Below, piece by piece: positions 12,407 through 25,363 of a DNA stretch of 64,000 nucleotides. This DNA comes from Squalus acanthias. Lineage: Eukaryota. Location of the stretch: contig CM059432.1 in NCBI GenBank assembly GCA_030390025.1, positions 49,974,001 through 50,038,000 of the forward strand. Direction: 5' to 3'. Numbering within the stretch: the stretch's first letter is position 1; each line of letters starts with the position of its first letter. The notes beneath the pieces are model-generated. The model searched no databases. It saw only the letters and a list, made by a program, of their open reading frames with translations, and had not been told where the DNA came from. The translations under genes were made by a program, and so were the position numbers.

Positions 12407-13003
12407 TTACAGTTTGTATTCATTCTTTGGCACTGTCCATAAAGAAGTCGATAAATTCAGATGCTCGCCTAAACAGACATCTGTGACCCTCTTAAGTAGT
12501 GGTGCACATTAGATTGACGGAGGTCAATGGAGGCTACCTGAAAGGATCTGACAGGGTAAAAATTCAACATTGTTGCCACTTTTACAACCACTGATAAGGC
12601 CATGTTCCTTGTTGGTCTGGGCTGTAAGACTGCAGAAAACAGCTGGCATAACTATAGCTGCCGAAGGAAAGCATGGGATTCTAATCCACTACCTCTGTGA
12701 ACAGTCAAGATGTTACTTCTAAGCTCATTGTATCCTCTAGAGTGGATAGATATGGGTCGGATGTTGATAACTTTTTTGATGTCTCACTTTCCTTCCTTCC
12801 ATCCCCTCCTCCTCTATATCCTTGCATCCTCCTCCCCATTTATGTTTTGATTCATTACATTGTGACAGATGTATAATTCTCATCATATATCATTATACAG
12901 TGTCATCATAGAGCTTAGTAAGAGATTTCATCACAGGTAATAACATAAAATCGGTCAGAAGCTTATCGAGAAAAAAAAAAGATTGGTAAGTGTGCTCGAG
13001 TTA

Positions 13004-13675
13004 CATAAGAACAGAAGAAATAGGAGCAGGAGTTGGCCATTCGGCCCTTCGAGCCCGTTCCACCATTCAATAAGGTCATGGCTGATCTTCTACCTCTTCT
13101 CCACTTTCCTGAACTATCCCCATATCCCTTGATTCCCTCAATATTTAAAAATCTATCAATCTCTGTCTTGAATATACTCAACGACTGAGCCTCCACAGCC
13201 CTCTGGGGTAGAGAATTCCAAAGATTCACCACCCTCTGAGTGAAGAACTTTCTCCTCATCTCAGTCCTAAATGGCTGACCCCTTATTCTGAGACTGTGAC
13301 CCCTGGTTCTAGACTCCCCAGTCAGGGGAAACATCCTCCCTACATCTACCCTGTCAAGCCCTGTAAGAATTTTGTATGTTTCAATGAGATCAACTCTCAT
13401 TTTTCTAAACTCTAGAGAATATAGGCCTAATCTACTCAATCTCTCCTCATAGGACAATCCCCTCATCCCAGGAACCAGTCTGGCGAACCTTTGTTGCACT
13501 CCCTCTATGGCAAGTATATCCTTCCTTAGGTAAGGAGACCAAAACTGTACACAATACTCCAGGTGTGATCTCACCAGGACCCTATATAATTGCAGCAAGA
13601 CGTCTTTATTCTTATACTCAAATCCTCTTGTAATAAAGGCTTTCCTAATTGCTTGCTGTACCTGCATGTTAACTT
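13004..13675 (-). mobile_element. CR1 3' fragment (family C)
   Basis: RT C-terminus in ORF 12963-13775 and 3' UTR matching 45300-45433. Confidence 0.9.
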
Positions 13676-14012
13676 TCCTGTCCACTCTATCTAGACCCCT
13701 CATAATTTTATACACCTCAATAAGGTCTCCCCTCAGCCTCCTCTGTTCCAAAGAAAACAAACCCAGCCTATCCAATCTTTCCTCGTAGCTAAAATTCTCC
13801 AGACCAGAACTGCACGCAGTACTCTAGCTGTGGCCTAACCAGTGTTTTATACAGTTCAAGCATAATCTTGAAGTGCCGTAACCTACAGGGCTAGGGACCA
13901 AGAGCTGGAAAGTGGGATTACGCTGGATAGCTCTTTGTTGGCCGGCGCGGACACGATGGGCCGAAATGGCCTCCTTCCGTGCTGTAAATTTCTATGATTC
14001 TATGATTCTATG
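13676..14012. mobile_element. CR1 family D fragment with inverted 5' part
   Basis: 13676-13865 is minus-strand RT C-terminus; 13871-14012 is plus-strand 3' end with (TTCTATGA)3 tail. Confidence 0.75.
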
Positions 14013-14066
14013 ATATTCCATTTGCCATGTTCTTGCCCACTCACTTAGTCTGTCTATATCCCCTTG

Positions 14067-14915
14067 AACAATAGCAAAATACTGCGGATGCTGGAAATCT
14101 GAAATAACAACAGAAAATGCTGGAAACACTCAGCAGGTCAGGCAGCATCGTGGAGAGAGAAACAGAGTTAACGTTTCAGGTCGATGACCCTTCGTCAGTT
14201 TTGGTGTCCATACTTAAGAAAAGACATACTTGCTCTCGAGTCAGTACAAAGAAGGTTCACTCGGTTAATCCCGGGGATGAGGGGATGGACATATGAGGAG
14301 AGGTTGGGTAGATTGGGACTCTACTCATTGGAGTTCAGAAGAATGAGAGGCGATCTTATTGAAACATATAAGATTGTGAAGGAGTTGGATCGGTTGGATA
14401 AGGGGAGGATGTTCCCGATGATGGGTGAAACTAGAACTAGGGGGCATAGTCTTAGAATAAGGGGCTGCTCTTTCAAAACTGAGATGAGAAGGAACTACTT
14501 CACTCAGAGGGTGGTAGGTCCATGGAATATGCTGCCCCAAAAAGCTGTAGAAGCTACATCATTACATAAATTTAAAACAGAAATAGACAGTTCCTAGAAG
14601 TAAAGGGAATTAAGGGTTACGGGGAGCGGGCAGGAATTTGGACATGAGTCTAGGTTCGGATCGGTCATGGCCCTGTGGATAGCGTAGCGGGCCCAGGGGC
14701 CGGGTAGCCTGATCCTGCTCCTATTTCGTGTGTCCAATTCTGTTAGGTTCAGGAGATGTTTCTGTGATAGTAGATTGGCGGTTAGGATCAGATCAGCCAT
14801 GATCTTATTGAATGGCGGAGCAGGCTCGAGGGGCCAATTGGCCTACTCCTGGTCCTATTTCTTATGTTCTTATGTTCTTATGTCAGAACTGGAAACAGTT
14901 AGAGATGTAACAGGA
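14067..14915 (-). mobile_element. Penelope pseudo-LTR split by a CR1 insertion
   Basis: 14067-14198 and 14882-14915 together match the reverse of 12285-12406; GTCAG duplicated at 14194-14198 and 14882-14886. Confidence 0.85.
14199..14881 (+). mobile_element. CR1 family A 3' fragment
   Basis: ORF 14184-14597 QFWCPYLRKDILALE..; doubled 3' UTR module and (TTATGTTC) tail. Confidence 0.92.
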
Positions 14916-15588
14916 GCCTAGTTAAGCTAGTGTTAATGTTACTGTTTATAATCACAATTTGTTCCAGACATTCAGTGTAAAAAATATACATACGAGTATC
15001 ATGTGTCATTCATGATCTCAAAGTGAATTGCTACTTGCCAAGTGTTAAGCAAGTCAGTAGATTTGGCATTAGTTTTTGTCATGGTTGAACATTTAACTTT
15101 TGAAGGAAAAGAGGGATGTCATGTTTATGAATCTATTATGTAATTATACATACATCCAACACAAGAAGGCAGGTTCTGGAGGTGATTCTGTTATTCACGT
15201 GATAGGACCTGGTTGAGATGTTGAGGATCAACAAGTTAGCATATGTCCTACTCAAACAAGTTCTGAACTGTAACAAACATAGAGACAATGATCATGTAAA
15301 TGAGATGATTTCTGTTTTATTCAAACCTATTAACCATTAAATACTTTCTATATAGAATGCCAGTTTTAACATCCAGGTAGTCAATGCTTGATGTAATCAA
15401 ATAGATAAATAAGCTTCCAGTGTATTTGCATTGCTTGGCTCGGGAAAGAAAGAAATTGCACTTATGTAACACCTTAAAACGTTCTCATGGTATCTCAAAG
15501 CACTTCACAACTATAAATAACTTTTTGAAGTGCAGTCATTGCTGTTAAGTAGACAGAAGTTCCCTGAGTGCCCTAATCCCTCTATTTT

Positions 15589-15822
15589 CATAGAATCATA
15601 GAATAGTACAACACAGAATGAAGCCATTCGGCCCATCGCATCTGTGCCGGCTCTTTCAAAGAGTAATCTGGTTAGTTCCACTCCTCCGCTCATTCCCCAT
15701 ATCCCTGCCATTGTTTTCTCCTGCAAGTATTTATCCAGTTCCCTTTTGAAGGCTACTATTGAATCTGTATCCACCAACCTATCAGGCAGTGTATTCCAAA
15801 TGTTAACCACTCGTTGTGTAAA
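15589..15822 (-). mobile_element. CR1 3' fragment
   Basis: FTQRVVNIWNTLP..FKRELDKYL plus CATAGAAT tail repeats. Confidence 0.85.
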
Positions 15823-15827
15823 AAGGA

Positions 15828-16238
15828 TTGGAATGCGGTGGGGGAGCAAGTTCATGCCAGGGGAGGCCTTAGCTTTCCTTGTGGGGTCGAGAGAAGCACC
15901 GCTGCTCCTCTTGGCTCCACAAGGAAAGTAAAAAAAAATGTAAAAGCTTACCTTTTCAGGCCTCTTCTGGCCTTGATCCTCTTTGCCGCTGGGATAGCCT
16001 GGCAGGAAATTCCCTGCCGCTTCCTGTTCAAGTTGCCAGCTTAAAATTGCAATCTAGCCTCAACTTACATATGTTAAAAAGGACACCCTCGTCTTTGGGT
16101 GGATGTCCTTGCCGCCTGCTCAGAAGTGCAGGTGAAAATCCAAACCTGTCAGCTCCTGGCGGCTCCAGGGCCGGTATGTAACTTGGTCAATTTTAACTGC
16201 CCACCTTTTGCTGGGCAGGTAGGGTTAAAATCACCCCC
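15828..16238. mobile_element. Non-autonomous Harbinger-like element (MITE) fragment
   Basis: Ends in GTTAAAATCACCCCC, similar to the TIR of 37249-41395; internal GCACCGCTGCTCCTCTTGGCTCCAC motif resembles 27088-27112 and 56808-56836 (reverse). Confidence 0.55.
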
Positions 16239-16624
16239 TATGTTTCTATTTTCCGCTCCATTCTTAGCATATGTGTCTGTGTAACTAGCTTCATAGACGT
16301 CCATGATTGTCTCTTCCAGATAGTAGCAATTGCTACCTTCTGCAAAGATAAACTATGACCTATGACCTACTTATGCCACATCAGCAAGGGTGCCACTCTG
16401 TAACTTCCTATTAAAACAATATATAAATCACTTTAATTTATGATTCTAGATTCTATGATTGATAGATTTATGTTATATTGGTCAGCCAGACTGAGTAACA
16501 CCAAATAGAATAAATAACACTCAAGTATAGCCATATCATGATCTAGTGTCAAGAAATGTTTGTTGTTTGAATTCAAATTCCTTATTTGAAGTTTGTGTTA
16601 TCAGTTCTCAGACAGAAAAAGAGA

Positions 16625-17390
16625 AAAATGAACTTGCATTTATATAGTGCTTTTCATATCTTCAGGACATCACAAAGCAGATACTTTTGAAGTGTGGTCA
16701 CTGTTGTTTGCAGAAAAACACAGCAACCAATTTGCACATGACTAGGTCCTGCAAATAGCAAATGAGATAAAAGATCAGTTAATCTGTTTTAGTGCTGTTG
16801 GTTGAGGGAGGAATGTTGGCTAGGACACTGAGAGAATGCCCTACTCCTCAGAGCTATGGGATCTTTTACATCCACCTGAATGGTCAGATGAGGCCTTGGT
16901 TTAATGTCTCATCCAAAAGACACCACCTTCAAAGGTGTCAGCTGTGGCTCAAGTGTCACCTCTGAGTCAGGAGGTTGTGGGTTCAAGTCCTGCTCCAGAG
17001 ACTTGAGCACAAAAATCTAGGCTGGCACTCCAGTGGAGTGCTGTCTTTTGGATGAGATGTTAATCCGAGGCCCCGTCTGCTCTCTCAGGTGGACTCAAAA
17101 GATCCTGTGGCACTATTTTGAAGAGCAGTAGGGGAGTTATCCCCTGTGTCCTGGCTAATATTTATCCCTCAATCAACATCATTTAAAAAACAGATTATCT
17201 GGCCATTCTCACATTGCTGTTTGTGAGAGCTTGCTGTGTGCAAATTGACTGCCGTGTTTCCTACATTACAACAGTGACAACACTTCAAAAAGTACTTCAT
17301 TGGCTGTAAAGTGCTTTGGGACATCCAGTGGTTGAGAAAGGCGCTATATAAATGCATGTCTTTCTTTAATAGCACAGCATCCCTCATACA
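16625..17390. mobile_element. Two nested Deu-type SINEs (minus copy containing a plus copy at ~16935-17367)
   Basis: Inner copy has a tRNA-like head (TGGCTCAAG..GGTTCAAGTCC) and the tail GCGCTATATAAATGCA; outer sequence 16632-16930 is its reverse complement. Matches 27725-28195. Confidence 0.85.
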
Positions 17391-18429
17391 ACTAATTGCA
17401 ACTGAGAATCTCTTAAACCATACGTTCGCCTAAAACTATGCCACAGTCTAATATTTCTAACTTTAAGTGATTTTTTACAGTTCCAGTTTGATACAACGCT
17501 ATTCAGGCTACAAAGGCTTCATAATAGGGGCATAGTACACAAGTAAATCAAAAAATGCAACAGTTCCTTCCCTTTACTGACTGTGTTAATATAAGTATTC
17601 AAGTCCACTTCAGTCCATCTAACCCCTAATTCTCCCTTTAGTATCACTCTGTCATACACTCTGCTCATTATGGGATAATGTCATGGAGCGATCCATCTTG
17701 ATTTGTACATATGTTGTTTTCATAAACTAATTGTATTGCAAAAAGAGATTCCAGCTCCAACATAGTAATTCTGCTAGGTTGTTTGTGTCAAGTACTGTTT
17801 CTGATAAGACTTGGCGGACAAAATCTACACTGTAATCCATACCCTTACACTATAATGTGCATTGATGTACTCTGAAACCACAGGCTACCTACAATTCTTT
17901 TTTGTGCCATAGCCAACATGCTGTGTCTCATAAAGAGAATGTTCAATTTAATCTAAATGGTTTCTCCTAGAAACATGATACTTCATTATTTAAAGTAAAA
18001 GCTCTTAAGCTCTTATCTTGCCTATATTGATCCCACACTGAGATAGTGTGTGCAATGTATCTCCTTTGCTTCCCAATTCCTCTGTAGCTTTGAAATGGTT
18101 AAGGATTTTCATAGTTCTAGTGATATTAGCTGAGAGTACACAACTTGAAAATAATAAGTGGAACTAGTTTGGTCTTCAGTGAGGCCTGTCTATGGGAGTC
18201 CATGTGCTTTCTGGGGGGTGGGGGTGGGCGGGGAAATTTTAATTCTACACACCTGGCAGAAACTGGGCAAGTGGGCAGTTAAAATCAGATCTATTTTGTA
18301 GAAGCTTCTGGACACGCAGCTAAGGGGCCCGCCCAAAGTTGGTGAGATCCTAACTGACGTATTCATTTTTTTAGTAGGTGCAATTCTTATTTCATGCTAA
18401 TTACACTGACCTGATTAAGCATATCAAGG

Positions 18430-18705
18430 AGGTTGGACGTAAAAGATCCCATAGTACAATTTTGAAGAAGAGTAGGGGAGTTTTTCCCAATGCCATGTTC
18501 AATATTTATCCCTCAACCAACATAACAAATAAACCAGATGATCTGGTCATTATCACATTGTTGTTTGTGGGACATTGCTGTGCACAAATTGGCTGACACA
18601 TTTCATACGTTATATCAGTGAGTACGCTTTAAAAGTACTTCATTGGTTGTAAAGTGCTTTGGGATGTGCTGAGGTTGTGAAAGCAACCATACAAATACAA
18701 ATGCA
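18430..18705 (+). mobile_element. Deu-type SINE 3' half
   Basis: AATATTTATCCCTCAACCAACAT..GGTCATTATCACATTG..AAAGTACTTCATTGG matches 27980-28130. Confidence 0.8.
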
Positions 18706-18706
18706 A

Positions 18707-18771
18707 ATCTGTCTGTCTGTCTGTCTATCTTTCTGTCTAACTATCTATATATTTTTCTTTCTATCTATCTA

Positions 18772-18802
<31 letters not shown>

Positions 18803-19014
18803 GTCTATCTGTCTGTCTGTCTATCTATCTATCTGTCTATCTATCGCTCTCTATCTATCTTTCTATCTAACTATCTATCTATCTATCAATCTGTCTGTCT
18901 GTCTATCTGTCTGTCTATCTATCGCTCTCTATCTGTCTGTCTGTCTCTCTATATCTCTCTCTATCTATCTATCTCTTTCTCTCTATCTATCTATCTATCT
19001 ATCTATCTCTCTCA

Positions 19015-19045
<31 letters not shown>

Positions 19046-19143
19046 TCGATCTCTCGATCTATCTCTCAATCTCTCGATCTATCTATCTATCTATCTATCT
19101 CTCTATCTCTCTCTATCTCGCTATCTATCTATTTTTCTTTCTG
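18707..19143. repeat. Compound (TCTG)n/(TCTA)n/(TC)n microsatellite at the SINE tail
   Basis: Direct reading of ~440 bp of tetra- and dinucleotide repeats. Confidence 0.97.
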
Positions 19144-21133
19144 TATTAAATGATGTAAGCTGCTACTCATCAACAGAAAACATTTATTTTTAAACCAGTG
19201 ACTTTAGCAATTATGTGGCTTACTATTTAAAATTTCAATTTAAATAAGTTTGTTTACAATTTCAATAGTAAATTTTGGTGTTTAGGAAGAAAATTGTGAT
19301 AAATCTCCTTATGCATTACGTGGACAAGTATTATACAGAATTTCCATGTGATTTTTTTCCACATTCCACAGGATATTTCAAATTGACAATGAATATGACA
19401 TCTTACCCTTTCTGAATTTAAGTAAAGCTTTGCATTGGAGAATTCAACACAAAGCTCAGAGAGTGTAGCTGTGCATGAATTGTTGTCACATGCTATTCAG
19501 AGGAGGGTAACTGTGCCTGATGTTAAAGTGGGTAGGTATTGAATAAGTATCATATTAGGTGAATGGGCTGTATTGAAAATGCCAAGAGAGAGTTTACATT
19601 TACCTTGCTATGGTTATGTTTAAACTTGGCTAGTTCTCCATAATAAAGGGTGGAGTTTTGCTCAATAATTTTGTATTGATTCTGTCACAATCATAAAAAC
19701 CTTCAGTGTGGAGTCTTCATCCATCAACTACTCAAATCACAATAGCTATTAAGCCATGCCCACGATGATATAAGTACTCAAAAACTGAGTATAAACTTCT
19801 GGGAAAAAATGCTTTCTGCAAAGGGAATGGTAACTTAAATCAATCCGAGAATATTTGTGTGGGGATGGTGGAGGAATAAAGACTTTTAGGAGCAATTTAC
19901 TCTTTTGTCTAAAGCTATAACTCATTTTATTTAGTGGTGCATGCTATTATGTGGCGCTGTAGCCCATCAAAAATACATGTGTGTGAGGGGAAAAGTATCA
20001 TACATAAGTGAATTGCTGTATATTCTTTTTAATCACATCATTGAATCTTGCGATTTAATCAGAAATCCACTGGTGAATAAAATATAAAAAGTATGGTGCT
20101 AGCTCACTGATTTACTTTAATTGTTGGTACAATTTTTCTCCTTAACTGAGTTCCAACCGAATTCCATTCTCGCTTATTATCTCCTCGAGGGATTCTTCCT
20201 CTCTGTCACCGGTACATATTGATGTTGATTTATGGGTCCCACTCACTTCTGTCACAGCTGCAACTCTCAGTTGTATCTTTGTTCTGCCAATTGTGCTTGT
20301 TTCACTATTAGGCCTTTTCAGGTCTGGCCATTCTCTATCATATCTGGCTGTGGCCTATGTACATGTGGTGCTAAGGTAATTCCTTCTTGCACTCAATGCA
20401 GAGCTCAAACTTATATTATGTGAACAGTAGGAATAATTGCTTTCTGCACTTGCAGAAACAATCTTGTACCACTGCACACCTGACAATTTGGTTTAACTGG
20501 CATGCTACCACATGCCATATATCGCAGATGGGTGAATCAGTACACGAGGGTTGATTTTCTACTTGGTGAATGGCTGCAAGTTTTAAATGGGCAGTACTCC
20601 TGAAAACCTCTATTATCTGCTTAGTATTGATACTTTCCCCCCTCCTGTTAGTACCTTAAAAAGTTAGGAAGTTAATGTTCGCCAATTTTATACAAAGAGG
20701 TTACATGCAAGCATTATACTAGTATGATCTTCCTATTGAAACCCCTATGGATAGGCTAACATTGCTCAGACCATACTCAGCAAACTGATCCCAATCATAT
20801 GAGGGAGCAGAACTAATTATCAGTAGATGCAATCCTTCAGTAATCTCTTTATATAGATTCTATTGGTGATTCACCACCTCACACTCCTGAGCTCAGAAAC
20901 TCCTTCCAGCCAATTCCCATTGTATTGATTTTAGGGACTAGAACATCACAGACTCAAAAGTCTTGTTAGAGTCTTCATTATTTTTGTACTTCAGTATTTT
21001 CCTTCTTTTATACAGTGCCGTTGTAACTATCTGTCGTGAGTGAAATCAGCCACAACCACAGCCTCAAAGCAGGGCAAGGACAGCTCTTAACTTTTATGCG
21101 TTTGGCTCCTTTCAGGTTGCTACTGGAGATATA

Positions 21134-21446
21134 GGGCAGCACGGTGGCATAGTGGTTAGCACTGTTGCCTCACAGCGCCAGGGACCGGGGTTCAAATCCG
21201 GCCTCGGGTGACTGTCTGTGTGGAGTTTGCACATTCTCCCCGTGTCTGCGTGGGATTTCCTCCGGGTGCTCCGGTTTCCTCCCACAGTCCAAAGATGTGC
21301 GGGTTAGGTTGATTTGGCTATGATAAATTGACCCTTAGTGTTAGGGGGATTAAATACGTGGGGTTACGGGGATAGGGTGGGATATGTGTCAGTGCAGGCT
21401 CGATGGGCCGAAATGGCCTCTATCTGCACTGTGGGGATTCTGTGAT
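21134..21446 (+). mobile_element. Full-length V-SINE (HE1-like)
   Basis: tRNA-derived head with A box TGGCATAGTGG and B box GGTTCAAATCC, V-domain, CR1-type tail GCAGGCTCGATGGGCCGAAATGGCCT. Confidence 0.92.
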
Positions 21447-21518
21447 AAGCAACATCTTGCAGTTTGCAGTGCACCGCTGTATAAGGGAGTTCACTGTATA
21501 GACGTTCACACTTTCATC

Positions 21519-22737
21519 TTATTCCCTTGATTCAAGTGTGTCTTCATCTTCACTGTCTTCTTCCTCTTCCTCCTCTGACTGGGAAGGTTGCAGTTCTTTG
21601 GTATTTGAAATGAAAAAAGGACAAGGGTTGGGTTGTGGTGAGGGTAGAGGAGAAAGTAAGAAGTGCATGCTTACATCATCTGCAGCTTGTGAGTCAGAAG
21701 ATATTATGGGATGAGGGAGAAGTGGGAAGAGAGAAGGAAGATTAGGTGTGCAGATACCCTCATCATCGATCCCTCCAGCGCCGTCAGTGGCCATGGCCTC
21801 AGTGATGCCCCTTCCCATGATGGCCAGGACTGTCTCCTCCATGGAGATTAAAACTTGCAGGCACACTTTTCCTCCGCCAGTTCTTTCCTGTTGCCTCCTG
21901 TTATGCACCACCTTCTCCTGCAACAAAGAGGAATGTGTGTCAGTGAGTGTCCTGCAATATGTTTGGGTGATGTGGCTGTGATGGTGAATAGCTGCCGATG
22001 TGTGTCAGCTGTGAGTTGTGGTTGCGAGGCTTGCAACAGTGCTAAGTGTGTGAGGATGAGATAAAGCATATTAATTGAAGTGTTGTGTACTGATTGATAG
22101 AGATTGTTGTTAGGTGGGTGGCGGGGATGCAGTGAATTGAGCAGTGGATGAGGCTAGTGGTGCAGTTGGTAGGAGATGCCATTTGAAGATTGAACTCACT
22201 CACCTTGACAACTCATGTTAGATCATTAAACGTCTTCCTGCACTGCATCCATGTTCTTGGAGCTATCCTCCTGGCTGCTATTTGTTCCCACTGCCTCCTG
22301 AGCATCTGCTTGGAGTGCCTCCTTCCCCCCTGCGAATACAGGATGTCTCTCCTTCTTGCATGTCCTGCACCAAGACCTCTAGTGCACTGTCAGAAAACCT
22401 TGGTGCACGCTCTCTCACAGGTTCAGCCATTCCTCAATGTATCACAACACAGATTGACTTTTCAATGGACTCCCACCACTTCTTTCAGCCACAATGCACC
22501 TCCCCTTTAAGAGGTGCAGACTGCCTTTAAGTAGCACTAGCCACTCACTATATCAGGTCACCTGCTGATGCGTGCAGCCCATGAACAGCGTGGGCAGCGC
22601 TGGTAGCATGCAGCAATCATTTAAAACAGCAGGTAGCATGAATGTAATGTGCTGTCTGCATCGCAATGAATGGGTGCAGGTTAATCGCGTACCGCGATCC
22701 CCATGCGCGTTTTCGGGGGTTATTCAATTTAACCCAC
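21519..22737 (-). pseudogene. Harbinger end carrying a degraded multi-exon Myb/SANT gene
   Basis: Minus strand MAEPVRERAPRFSDSALEVLV (exon 1, ~22430-22200); exon 2 EKVVHNRRQQERTGGGK; acidic exon 3; TIR-like AATTTAACCC near 22726-22735. Confidence 0.8.
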
Positions 22738-23744
22738 AATGTCTCTTTTATATTTCAAGTACTGGTTTGTAACACTACTTGCTTTGGAGCTATGTGATCG
22801 ACCAGCATCCAGTTCTACTGCCAGCTCTACTCCATTCATAAATCAGGGAAAGGCAAAGACCGGCCTATGCATACTTAAATAAATAGATACGCAATACAGT
22901 GCTAAGATTTTAATATTAGTGAAGAGCCAAGTATCCATTGGGCCACCTGAAATTTCAAATTACTAAGTTTACTTTGCACCAGTTGCAGTTATACCACAGC
23001 CACTGCAAAGCCAAATTGTTTTGAGACTACTTTCGGGAGGTAGTCTCACACCAATCCCCAAACTCAAACTGAGGCTAGTTTGGTTTCAGTTATATGCATA
23101 TTTTGCATTGCAGGAAAACCGCTTTGCAAAATGTGCAGTATAATTGGCCTATATGATTCAAAGTTTGCAGTCACATAAATAGTGCAGAGTCTAGATTTTA
23201 CCAGTTGTACCTAGATGGAGGAATGCCATAGGTACATTGAATTATAACGTGAAGTTAAACTTAAAAAAAATTGCTCTTATGATTACAACTTAAAAGTTCT
23301 GGGAATCAAGAAAATTGCGCCAAATTTTATTTTTATTAGGGTATTATAAATCTTTTAGCTATAATCCACAAGATATTGGAATTCTTGTTTTCCCACCAGT
23401 CATCTTTACTTCTTTTTCTGACAGTCTTCATTGTTACGGTTAATTCCTACCAGAAATATGACCCTGATCATTATTTCTTCTGACAGAATCGAAGGACGGG
23501 ATCCAAAATTCACTGCATGTTCTCTGGCAGCTTCTTTGCTGTAATTCGACCCAGCAGGAAGCCCAATATGGCAGGACTCTCGTTATTTTTGACTTGGACC
23601 AGTATGCCAGACAGTATCATAGGCTGGTGCTGGATCGAGGAAGACAGTACCAGTCTTAAGGTTAGGTGGCCAGTGGTTGTCAATCATCAAAAGTACAGGA
23701 AAGCTAATTGGACTTTGTTTACAGAGTCTGTTGAATGAATTATT

Positions 23745-24458
23745 GGGCCGTATTTTCTGATCGGAGGCTTCCCACGTGTGGAGGCCTCCGATCTGGAAAA
23801 AATCTACGCACTTACCTGAGGGCTCCCGAGGTCCGGACACTTCCGCTCCTGGGCCTCTCCAACTCCAAGTGCGCAGGGCCCACATATCCCAGAGGCGCAT
23901 GCAGTTCGCAAGCGTCCCTGGGATCACGTGGGCCATGGGGAGCCAATCAAAGAAGGAATCTCCCTTCATACACTTGGCAGATAGACCTGTCAAATATATG
24001 AATGGAGATCACCCCAAAAACACTGTAAAACATTAAATAAATTTTAAAAAGAGCACATTTTAAAAATTAGTTGAAATTACAATAAATTAAATATTTTAAA
24101 CAAAAACGTAATTTTTTGAAAAAAATAATTAAAGTTTTTTACAGGGCTAAAAATAAACGTACCTTTTAAAAAAAAAATTCAACTCTTATCCTGGTAAAAG
24201 CAGGCCTTACGCCTGCTTTTACCAGGTGTAAGAATTCTAAGGGTTTTCTGCGGGCGGAGGTTCTCCAGAAAGCGGAACTATCCGCCCGCAGAGGCCCTTC
24301 TCCAGGGAAGGTGTCCGATCTGTTAAGAGCATTCTTGACAGATCGGAAATGCCAGTTTTCAGCGCATGTGCTGTGCATGCCTGAAACCGGCATTTCTGAT
24401 GTCCCTACAGGTGTGTACACAGCGCGTACACACCCGTAGGGATCGGAATATCCGGCCC
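23745..24458. mobile_element. MITE, Harbinger-like, 714 bp
   Basis: Imperfect TIRs GGGCCGTATTTTCTGATC / GATCGGAATATCCGGCCC; 3-bp TSD ATT at 23742-23744 and 24459-24461. Confidence 0.85.
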
Positions 24459-25251
24459 ATTGTTACTGTCCCATGACATAACATCCCAATCGAGGAAACT
24501 GATAAACACTTTTGTGGCACTCTCTACAAAGCTGTAAAATCCTCAATCCCTCGTGGCTTTTGCTCCTTCTACACGCCATGCCTGGACAATCAGTGTGCTG
24601 CACTATTGAGACTGTACTAAGAATCTTGCGACCCAGATATTGCAGACCACCTTCTTGAAAGGCTTGATGCTGCTCCTTGTGCCTGTTGGGATCAGCCAGA
24701 CTCACAGAGGATTTGACTCACTCGATTGGTAAAAGCTGAAGCCTCATCCGTCACCTGGCTGCTGTTCACCATCCTTAGCCGATCATCCGTGCCAGCCAAT
24801 TCTGTTGCTAGTCACCTACTAAAAGTAACATGAGCCCTCCACAATAAACAGAAAGTACACGGTGAATAGTGTCACTTTTGTTGAAATGCTCCAAACCAAG
24901 ACTTCACTCCATCCGAACTCAACTGTACTGTGAAATAAGAAAGGTGATACCGCAGCCAGTTGCGATAATATATACCTTGAGTTTTTGAAGAACTTTGATC
25001 GCTAAGCTTGTAATTGGCTATCACTATTCTTCACATGTGTCGTCCAATGTTCCCTGGAATTTTGTTTGGGCCACGAGGCCCCTTTATCGGGCTGCACAGC
25101 CCATTCATCCCTGAAGGCCGAATCCCAGCAGTATGACGCTGAGCAAAGATCATTCGCCTACTTAAGACAGGCAAGGACTGACAGTTAGTAGCAAGCTACT
25201 GACCAATCACCCTCCTGAGTGTTTGCTATAAGATGCTCCAGCGAATGATCC

Positions 25252-25363
25252 TCCAGTGTATATCTCCAGTGTATATCTCCAGAGACTGATTCTACAGTGT
25301 TTATCTCCAGCATTTATCTCCAGTGTTTATCTCCAGCATTTATCTCCAGCGTATATCTCCAGT
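25252..25363. repeat. 13-bp minisatellite expanded inside the Vingi-like RT
   Basis: About 8 imperfect copies of (T/C)GT(A/T)TATCTCCAG. Confidence 0.85.

Larger units (their letters stand above)
9770..12720 (-). pseudogene. Harbinger transposase pseudogene split by a Penelope element
   Basis: QVQGAIDDT, NRKVYYSINMQLMCDA, YPGNCHDSFVL, WLIGHQGYP, FRCLDRSRGYLQYSP at 9770-10329; N-terminal part resumes after 12416 (LFRRASEFIDF). Confidence 0.85.

Noticed and set aside
18659..19153. 164-aa ORF
   Set aside because: Translation of a TCTA/TCTG microsatellite.
19371..19468. Host exon after a pyrimidine-rich CAG
   Set aside because: The short frame IFQIDNEYDILPFL.. is not recognisable and has no convincing partner exons.
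21134..21210. tRNA gene
   Set aside because: The A/B boxes are the head of a V-SINE; the same applies to the heads at 16935 and 27725.
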